DNA from: an uncultured Elusimicrobia bacterium
GTDB taxonomy: Bacteria; Elusimicrobiota; Elusimicrobia; Elusimicrobiales; UBA9959
Direction of reading: 5' to 3'
DNA: 64,000 nt
Assembly: GCA_903879915.1 (NCBI GenBank)
Contig: CAIRNJ010000102.1
Coordinates: forward strand, 13,200-77,199
Numbering within the stretch: position 1 is the first letter of the stretch; every line of letters starts with the position of its first letter. Shown piece after piece: positions 8,851-14,848 of the stretch. The notes below the pieces were generated by a model, which ran no database searches, was not told where the DNA came from, and saw only the letters and a program-made list of their open reading frames with translations. A program made the position numbers and the translations under genes.

Positions 8851-11800
8851 TCACGGCGCTGTATAGGTCAGCGTCATTGTCGCGGAACTGATAGTGATCC
8901 CCGAAAGCGCGGCCGTAAGAACTGAACCTGTCACCGGTGATGAAAGCGACGGCGCTGCGGACAGGGCGTAGAGCTTATACGTATAAAGCCTGTTGCCGCC
9001 GCCGCAGGGCGGGTTGTAGGCCGTTCCCAGCGGCCCGTCGCTGGTCCCCAGGGTCCCGCCGCCCGTAGTATTCTTGGCGAAGCCTGAACTGCTGCCTGGT
9101 ATGCCGTAGAGTACCCAGTTATACTTGGTCTCTAACTGCGGCGTAACTTCAGACATAGTCAGTGCGAACTGCTGCGTTCCCGAGGGCGCATTGGTCCAGG
9201 ACATGGCGGGAGATGAACTGGAACCGGAACAGGAATATTCCAGCGTCATGGCCCCGCCGCCCGTACCCGCGCCGCTCGTCAGGGTAAAGAGCGCCTGTGT
9301 GACGCTCACCATATGGCTTGCGGAGCCCGAGCCGGCGGAGTTCGAGGCCGTAAGCGTTACGGTATAGGTGCCTGAGGAGGCGTAAACGTGCGCCGGGTTC
9401 TGTGCTGAGCTGGTTGCCCCGTCCCCGAAATCCCAGGCCCACGAGGCAGGGGCGCCGCCGGAGGCGTCCGTGAACGAGACCGTACCGCCGGCGGCAGGAG
9501 AGGAAGGAGAGAAGGAGAACGCCGCCGAGGGCGCGTCGGTGGCGAACAGGTAGTCGGTATCGTCGATATACGGCGTTATCCTGGCCAGCACGGCGGGGTC
9601 GGTGGTGGTGTCCGAGTAAAGGTAAGTGGATCTGCAGACAGAATAGTCGTAAGGGGTCCCGTTGCTATAAGTGCTGATAAGCAGACCGTCCCAGAAATCC
9701 GTCTTCAGATGGGCCCTCTGGGCGGCGCTCAGCGAGTCGGCTACCTGCTTGAAAGTTGTGGCGTAGTAGTAATTGTTAATGCCGTCCAGCGTGCCGTAGG
9801 TGGCCGAGGACAGCGCCAGCACCTGCGCCCTGACGGCGGCGCTGGAAGCGGTAGAGACCAGCAGGGTGCGCAGCAGCGCCGCTATCTGCGCGCGCACTGC
9901 CACTATGCCCTCCATATTGCTCCGCTGCACCTCGATGAGGTTCGTCATGATGGCGGCCTGCGTGGACGCCACGTAGCCCAGGGAACTGTCGAGCAGGGCC
10001 GCCCCGGCGTTGCCGGTCAGCGCGGAGTCTATGGTGTAGCTGACGCCCTGTGGCGCGTTCATGGCCGGCGCGTCCTTGATATAGAACCCGCCGTAATAGG
10101 TGCCCTGGCGTTCTGGGCAGAAATAGACGTCGGCCTCGACGTTGCCGGAATACCAGCTGAAGAGGTCGCCGGCGTAGGTCATTACCAGGGTGTTCATCGT
10201 GGTATTTGAAGCGTTGGCGCCCAGCGCGGTCTCTACCCTTGTCTTCATGTAATTGGCGTCGGTCACGGTCCAGGAGGAAGCGCCCACCCCTTTCATGGCG
10301 TCCAGCTCGGCCAGCTGGGCGCGCGTCATGGAATTATAGACGTTGGCGTAAGCCAGGGCCCGGTCGAAGGCTATCTGGCCGTCCATGAGGTAGAGTTCCT
10401 GCGACACGGCCGTTACCGCGCTCAGGCTGAGGCCGGTGGCGCCGGAAGGGATGTTCCCGTCCATCAAACGCCGGAAAGCTTGTATCAGCCTGAAGCGGTG
10501 ATAAGCGTACTCGTTGACCTGGTCCGCCTGGCTCACTGCCAGGGCCGCCAGCTGCGCCAGCTGGGAGTCGCTGAGTATCCGGATGACGCTGTTGGAGGTC
10601 AGGCCCGTGAAATCCGGGTTGTGCCCCATATTGCTGGGGTCGCTGTCCCGGAGGAACTGGAACCCGGTGTAGTCGGCCACTTTGCCCGGCGGGAAGTACG
10701 ACTGCGAGCCCAGGTTGGCGTTCATCAGGCCGAGGGCGTCGAAGGCCAGCGTGGTGCCCTGGGCCTGGTCGGAGATGCCCTGCGAAATATTATAGGCCGG
10801 CACGGTGACGGTTATAGAGCGGGTCAGCGTGGCCGAGCTGATGGAATTGGCGACCCTGAGCGTGACGGTGTAGCTGCCTGCCGAGCTGTAAACGTGCGTC
10901 GGGTACTGGGCGGTGCTGGTGGACGTGTTGTCGCCGAAATCCCAGGCCCAGGAAACAGGGGCGTTCTGCGAGGCGTCGGTAAAGCTTACCGTGTTATAGG
11001 TGGTAGGGCTGCTCGGGTAGAAGCTGAACGCGGGCGAGACGTTCGCCCGGGCGTAGGTCAGGTTCAGCGCCGCCGAGCTGATGATAAGTGAGGAGATGGC
11101 GCTGGTAAGCACGTCGCCGGTCACCAGGTCCGCTGCCGGCAGGGACGGCGCGCCCGACAGCGCGTATAAAGTGTAGGTATAGACCTTTGGCCCGGGGCCC
11201 TGCGAGCAGGGGGCGGCGTACTCCTGGCTTTGCGTGTCGCTGTTCACGCCCGCGGTGCCCACGCCGGAAGTGTTCTTGTCCAGGCCGGAGGCCGCCGCCG
11301 GTATGGCGTACAGCACCCAGTTCCATTTTGTGCTCCCGTCGCCCGGCAGCGTGGTCATGAGCAGCGCGAACTGCTGCGTGCCCGCCGGCGCGCCCGACCA
11401 GGCCAGGGCCGGGGAGGCGTACGCGCCGTCGCAGGTGTACTCGGCGGCCATGGCCGCCCCCTCCGCGCCTACGGGGCTGGTCAGCGCGAAGGCGCCCGCC
11501 GCCGCCACGGTTACGGTATGGCTGACCGCGCTGGAGCCCGCCGTATTCGCGGCCGTGAGGCTCACCGTGTAGCTGCCGGAGGAACTGAAAACGTGGGTCG
11601 GGGATTGCAGGGTGCTGCTTGAGCCGTCGCCGAAATTCCAGGCCCAGGAAGCGGGCGTGTAGGCAGAGGTGTCCGTAAAAGTCACCGTCTGGCCGGCGGT
11701 GGGCGAGGCGGGCGAAAAACTGAAGGCGGCTACGGGCGCCGACGATACCGCTGCCTGCGTATAGGTCAGCGTCATGGCGGCCGAACTTATGATCAGGCCC

Positions 11801-12612
11801 GAGAGCGCGGCCGTAAGAACGCCGCCCGTCACCTGCGCGGGGTCGGACGAAAGCGACGGGGCTCCGGACAGGGCGTAGAGCGTGTACGTATAAAGCCTGT
11901 TGCCGCCGCCGCAGGGCGGGTTGTAGGCTGTTCCCGCCGCGCCGTCGCTTTTGCCCGCCGTGCCGCCGCCGGTGGTGTTCTTGACGAAGCCGGAGCTGCC
12001 CGCCGGTATGCTGTATAGGACCCAGTTATATTTCGTCTCCAGCTGCGGAGTTAGTTCGGAAATGGTCAGCGCGAACTGCTGCGTGCCGGACGGCGCGCTG
12101 GTCCAGGCCATCGCCGGCGAAGACCCGGCTCCGGAGCAGGAATATTCCAGCGCCATAGCCCCGCCGCTCGTGCCCGCGCCGCTCTCCAGGGTGAAAGTCC
12201 CCTGGCTGACAACGGTCACTGTATGGCTTACGCTCCCGGCCCCCGCGGAGTTGGAGGCCGTAAGGGTTACACTATAACTGCCGGACGAGGCGTAGACGTG
12301 TGTCGGGTTCTGTGCCGCGCTGGTTGCGCCGTCGCCGAAGTTCCAGTCCCAGGAAGAGGGGCTGTTGACGGAGGCGTCGGTAAAGGTTACGGCCTGGCCG
12401 GCGGCCGGTGAAGCAGGAGAATAAGTGAAGGCCGCGGCCGGCGCGGCGGCCAGCGCGGCGGCCGCGGCCGCCCGCTTGTGTTCCGTCACCTTTTCGTCCA
12501 TCGTAGTCACCGCATGTTTTACCGCGCGGGTCATGCCCATATTGATCCCGGCGGACAGCGCGGCGGTCAGCGGGAACAGCGCGGCGAACAGCAGGCAATA
12601 AAGTTGTTTCAT
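8851..12612 (-). CDS. 1253-aa secreted modular protein: SP-[PKD-PEBP]-[PKD-PEBP]-PKD-X domain-[PKD-PEBP]
   Basis: Signal peptide MKQLYCLLFAALFPLTAALSA. Four PKD-type repeats (F.[FY].P..P..G..V.FTD.S...P.SW.W.FGDG..S....P.H.Y...G.Y.V.L...N). Three PEBP-like modules (P.[ML][AS]W...P.GTQQFAL...KYNWVLY.IP...Y.PPC...Y.Y.LYALS). Central ~420 aa are paralogous to ORF 6368..8083. The ATG lies 1 nt after the stop of the upstream barrel gene. Confidence 0.8.
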   Translation of the reverse strand: MKQLYCLLFAALFPLTAALSAGINMGMTRAVKHAVTTMDEKVTEHKRAAAAAALAAAPAAAFTYSPASPAAGQAVTFTDASVNSPSSWDWNFGDGATSAAQNPTHVYASSGSYSVTLTASNSAGAGSVSHTVTVVSQGTFTLESGAGTSGGAMALEYSCSGAGSSPAMAWTSAPSGTQQFALTISELTPQLETKYNWVLYSIPAGSSGFVKNTTGGGTAGKSDGAAGTAYNPPCGGGNRLYTYTLYALSGAPSLSSDPAQVTGGVLTAALSGLIISSAAMTLTYTQAAVSSAPVAAFSFSPASPTAGQTVTFTDTSAYTPASWAWNFGDGSSSTLQSPTHVFSSSGSYTVSLTAANTAGSSAVSHTVTVAAAGAFALTSPVGAEGAAMAAEYTCDGAYASPALAWSGAPAGTQQFALLMTTLPGDGSTKWNWVLYAIPAAASGLDKNTSGVGTAGVNSDTQSQEYAAPCSQGPGPKVYTYTLYALSGAPSLPAADLVTGDVLTSAISSLIISSAALNLTYARANVSPAFSFYPSSPTTYNTVSFTDASQNAPVSWAWDFGDNTSTSTAQYPTHVYSSAGSYTVTLRVANSISSATLTRSITVTVPAYNISQGISDQAQGTTLAFDALGLMNANLGSQSYFPPGKVADYTGFQFLRDSDPSNMGHNPDFTGLTSNSVIRILSDSQLAQLAALAVSQADQVNEYAYHRFRLIQAFRRLMDGNIPSGATGLSLSAVTAVSQELYLMDGQIAFDRALAYANVYNSMTRAQLAELDAMKGVGASSWTVTDANYMKTRVETALGANASNTTMNTLVMTYAGDLFSWYSGNVEADVYFCPERQGTYYGGFYIKDAPAMNAPQGVSYTIDSALTGNAGAALLDSSLGYVASTQAAIMTNLIEVQRSNMEGIVAVRAQIAALLRTLLVSTASSAAVRAQVLALSSATYGTLDGINNYYYATTFKQVADSLSAAQRAHLKTDFWDGLLISTYSNGTPYDYSVCRSTYLYSDTTTDPAVLARITPYIDDTDYLFATDAPSAAFSFSPSSPAAGGTVSFTDASGGAPASWAWDFGDGATSSAQNPAHVYASSGTYTVTLTASNSAGSGSASHMVSVTQALFTLTSGAGTGGGAMTLEYSCSGSSSSPAMSWTNAPSGTQQFALTMSEVTPQLETKYNWVLYGIPGSSSGFAKNTTGGGTLGTSDGPLGTAYNPPCGGGNRLYTYKLYALSAAPSLSSPVTGSVLTAALSGITISSATMTLTYTAP
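8854..9534 (-). repeat. C-terminal PKD-PEBP module (aa about 1027-1253)
   Basis: By eye its protein sequence is about four-fifths identical to the N-terminal module (11755-12432). The DNA differs at many third-codon positions. Confidence 0.7.
9544..10800 (-). other. X domain within the giant protein (aa about 605-1023), uncharacterised, with four LTXXQ-like motifs
   Basis: Motifs LSDSQLAQLAAL, MTRAQLAELDAM, VASTQAAIMTNL and LSAAQRAHLKTD occupy positions equivalent to LTAEQKQLFIDL, LSAEQKAYFAKM, LTPAQRRHVDAV and LTEEQRAALVKL of ORF 6368..8083. Confidence 0.6.
11047..11730 (-). repeat. Second PKD-PEBP module (aa about 295-522)
   Basis: Its PEBP part (STKWNWVLYAIPA...APCSQGPGPKVYTYTLYALS) is the module closest to the stand-alone PEBP gene (KTKWYWIIYDIPA...GPGPKKYIYTVYALS). 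Confidence 0.65.
11755..12432 (-). repeat. First PKD-PEBP module (aa about 61-286)
   Basis: Near-duplicate (at protein level) of the C-terminal module at 8854-9534. Confidence 0.7.
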
Positions 12613-12613
12613 A

Positions 12614-13207
12614 TCAGTACAGGAACAGCAGTGTCTGCGTGTCGCTCTTTTTGGAATTAGAGCGCTTCTTCTGCTGTTTCCCCCTTTTCCCGGCGGTACG
12701 GGCCGCGCCGGCTTTGCCGCCGCCCCAGTAGAAATTAAGCCCGAAATTAGCCACGTATTCGATAGCCCCGGCCGATACGGGCTCGTTTTTGTCCCGCAGG
12801 TAAATATAGGCCGGTCCGAAATCGGCCTGCAGCGAGGCGTCCGGAGCTAGGAAGCATTCGAAGCCTGCGAACAATTCCCCCGCGGCCCCGGCCCCGCGGC
12901 TGACTTCTCCCTTGAACTGTATGTAATCCGCTTCCGCGCCCAGGAACAGGTACATCGCCGCCGACGGGCGGTAATAGCTGTACAGGCGCAGGCCGCCCAC
13001 CGTAACGCCGCCGTCTGCCTGCCCTTTGGCTTCCAGCGCGTAGCGGTCGCTCATGAAATACCTGATACTTAGCCCCGGGTAATTGAAGCCCAGCCCGAAG
13101 GTGCCCCTGCCGGCACCCTGGCCGGCGCATGCCGCGCGGCAGCCCAAAAGCAGAATGCTGAAGCAGAAGCAGACGACCGCTGCGGTATTCCGGAAAGGCT
13201 TGAGCAT
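12614..13207 (-). CDS. Small outer-membrane beta-barrel protein (8-strand type) with a Lys/Arg-rich C-terminal tail
   Basis: Preferred start is ATG 13207 (MLKPFRNTAAVVCFCFSILLLGC...). Alternating aromatic/Gly beta-strand pattern (FGLGFNYPGLSIRYF, LRLYSYY, YLFLGAEADYIQF, ELFAGFECF, IEYVANFGLNFYW). Then the tail GGGKAGAARTAGKRGKQQKKRSNSKKSDTQTLLFLY. The start codon choice (13207, 13219 or 13231) is uncertain. Confidence 0.55.
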   Translation of the reverse strand: MLKPFRNTAAVVCFCFSILLLGCRAACAGQGAGRGTFGLGFNYPGLSIRYFMSDRYALEAKGQADGGVTVGGLRLYSYYRPSAAMYLFLGAEADYIQFKGEVSRGAGAAGELFAGFECFLAPDASLQADFGPAYIYLRDKNEPVSAGAIEYVANFGLNFYWGGGKAGAARTAGKRGKQQKKRSNSKKSDTQTLLFLY

Positions 13208-13241
13208 ATGCGTATCCATACACAGGTACACATCCGCTTAT

Positions 13242-13269
13242 TTAAACAGCGAAACCGGAAAAAAGTTCC
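13242..13269 (-). promoter_or_regulatory. ECF-type promoter candidate, site A (upstream of the barrel + giant protein genes)
   Basis: The minus strand reads cGGAAC-TTTTTTCCGGTTTCGCT-GTTTAAa (N17), immediately after the terminator hairpin and about 35 nt upstream of ATG 13207. Confidence 0.45.
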
Positions 13270-13294
13270 GCCCTGAAAACGGATGTTTTCAGGG
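13259..13294 (-). terminator. Rho-independent terminator after the sigma/anti-sigma/LTXXQ operon
   Basis: Perfect 10-bp stem CCCTGAAAAC/GTTTTCAGGG (13271-13280 / 13285-13294) with a 4-nt loop. On the minus strand it is followed by CGGAACTTTTTT. It starts 42 nt after the stop at 13336. Confidence 0.65.
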
Positions 13295-13335
13295 CGTGTA
13301 TGGGGAGCGCGCAAGCCTGGGCGCGGCGCGAGGTT

Positions 13336-13743
13336 TTAGCGCGGTGCTCGCCTGTCCGGGTCTTCTCCGTCGCGGGGCGGCGGCGGCCTGTTTTCGCGGC
13401 GTTTGGAATCGTTGTCCAGTTCTTCCAGCCTGGCGTACTGCTCCGGCGTAAGGACGATCCTCAATTCCGACTTGATCCTCCGGCGCAGTTCTTCTAATCT
13501 GGGCTGTATGGAATCCTTCGTCTTTTTTACTTCTGGCCGGTATTTATTGAAAATGGCCGAAACCTGCTCCTGCTGGGGGCCGGAGAGGCCGAGCTCGCGG
13601 GTGAATTTTTCTATCGCGCCTTCGGCGGGGACCGGCTGCGGCGGCCTGCGTTTAAGATGCATATGATAATAATCGGAGAACAGGGCGCCCATCAGGACGC
13701 CCGCGGCCACGGCTGCGGCTATCTGGTTCCAGCGTATGTTCAT
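13336..13743 (-). CDS. Periplasmic LTXXQ-motif protein (Spy/CpxP/ZraP-like, the 'periplasmic heavy metal sensor' family)
   Basis: Start moved to ATG 13743, which overlaps the anti-sigma stop (ATGA). N-terminal TM/signal anchor IAAAVAAGVLMGALF, then LSGPQQEQVSAIF and LTPEQYARLEEL motifs. Basic/Pro-rich tail. Confidence 0.7.
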   Translation of the reverse strand: MNIRWNQIAAAVAAGVLMGALFSDYYHMHLKRRPPQPVPAEGAIEKFTRELGLSGPQQEQVSAIFNKYRPEVKKTKDSIQPRLEELRRRIKSELRIVLTPEQYARLEELDNDSKRRENRPPPPRDGEDPDRRAPR

Positions 13744-14228
13744 TTGTCCGCTCCTTCCAGCATGGTCAAAAGGTTCCCCCCGCCGGCCGCAGGGCCTTCG
13801 GAGAAGATATTGGAAAGGGGTGAGCCTGAACTCCGGGCGGCCGGAACGGAGAACTGGCGCGCCGGCATAAGGCCGGTCTCGACGCACAGAACGTAGACGG
13901 CAAAGGAGGCCAGGGTCATGGCCGGCACTTTCCACCAGCCCGCCAGCGCCGCGCGCGTATCCGGTGAAAGCGCGAACGGGTTGAAACCGGAAGCCTGTTC
14001 TTCCGCCTGCCCGGCCCGGAGCTTCGCCATCAGGGCATCCACGAATTTATCGCCCAGCGCTGGAGCCTCGTACAGCTCCAGAGCCTGCCAAGCTTTGGAG
14101 AGCAGTTCAGCTTCTTTGCGGCAGGAGGCGCATTCTTCAAGGTGGCCGCTAAGTTCCGCCTTTTCGGAGTCATTCAGGCTGCCGGAAAGGCCGCCGGCTG
14201 AAATTTCCATGGCTCTTTTACAGTTCAT
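13740..14228 (-). CDS. Anti-sigma factor, zf-HC2 type, single-pass membrane protein
   Basis: H-x3-C-x2-C motif (HLEECASC) near the N-terminus and one predicted TM segment (VPAMTLASFAVYVLCV). Immediately downstream of the ECF sigma gene. Confidence 0.75.
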   Translation of the reverse strand: MNCKRAMEISAGGLSGSLNDSEKAELSGHLEECASCRKEAELLSKAWQALELYEAPALGDKFVDALMAKLRAGQAEEQASGFNPFALSPDTRAALAGWWKVPAMTLASFAVYVLCVETGLMPARQFSVPAARSSGSPLSNIFSEGPAAGGGNLLTMLEGADK

Positions 14229-14248
14229 AAACTATCCCCTCTCATAGG

Positions 14249-14276
14249 TATAACCGCCGATCATTGAAAAAGTTCC
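14249..14276 (-). promoter_or_regulatory. ECF-type promoter candidate, site C (inside the 3' end of the sigma gene, upstream of the anti-sigma gene)
   Basis: The minus strand reads cGGAAC-TTTTTCAATGATCGGCG-GTTATAc (N17). The GGAAC overlaps the last sigma codons (..AELFQ*). The -10-like element differs (GTTATA), so it could be coincidental. Confidence 0.3.
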
Positions 14277-14848
14277 GCCAGTTTTTCTTTCAGGCCGAGT
14301 TTCGCCCTGTGAAGAATGGATTTTACCGCCTTGGCCGAGCAGCCCATGACCTCCGCGATAGCTTCGTAGGAGAGTTCGTCGTAGCGGCAGAGCAGCACGG
14401 CAGTTCTTTGGTTCTCAGGCAATGAAGCCAGGGCTTTTTTTACCGCCTCGGCCTGTTCTTTTCTGATCAGCAGCTCCGCGGGCGGCAGATCTTTCGGGTC
14501 AGCCAGCTGCAGGCCGGGCGCGTCTTCCTGCGCTTCAGGCTTTTCGTCCAGAGGGACGAAAAGGCCCCTATGCCCGCGTTTAGCCAGAAAATTCAGACAG
14601 GTGTTGCGCGTAATGGTGAACAGCCAGGTGGTGAACTTCGCTTTTACCGTGTATTTGTTCCGGGCGTTGTAAACTTTAATAAAAACTTCCTGCGCGGCGT
14701 CCTCGGCGTCGGCGGCGTTGCCCAGGAACCTGTAAGCGAAGGCGAAAACCCGCTGCTTATGGGTTTTGACCAGCTCTATGAAGCAGGACTCCTCCCCGGC
14801 GATAAAGCGGAGCATCAACCGCGCGTCCTGGTCGGGATCCTCTGTCAT
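14261..14848 (-). CDS. ECF (group 4) RNA polymerase sigma-70 factor
   Basis: 195 aa. Region 2 (AEDAAQEVFIKVY...FTTWLFTITRNTCLNF) and region 4 (LPENQRTAVLLCRYDELSYEAIAEVMGCSAKAVKSILHRAK). The ATG overlaps the stop of the upstream PD40/TPR gene (ATGA). Confidence 0.9.
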   Translation of the reverse strand: MTEDPDQDARLMLRFIAGEESCFIELVKTHKQRVFAFAYRFLGNAADAEDAAQEVFIKVYNARNKYTVKAKFTTWLFTITRNTCLNFLAKRGHRGLFVPLDEKPEAQEDAPGLQLADPKDLPPAELLIRKEQAEAVKKALASLPENQRTAVLLCRYDELSYEAIAEVMGCSAKAVKSILHRAKLGLKEKLAELFQ

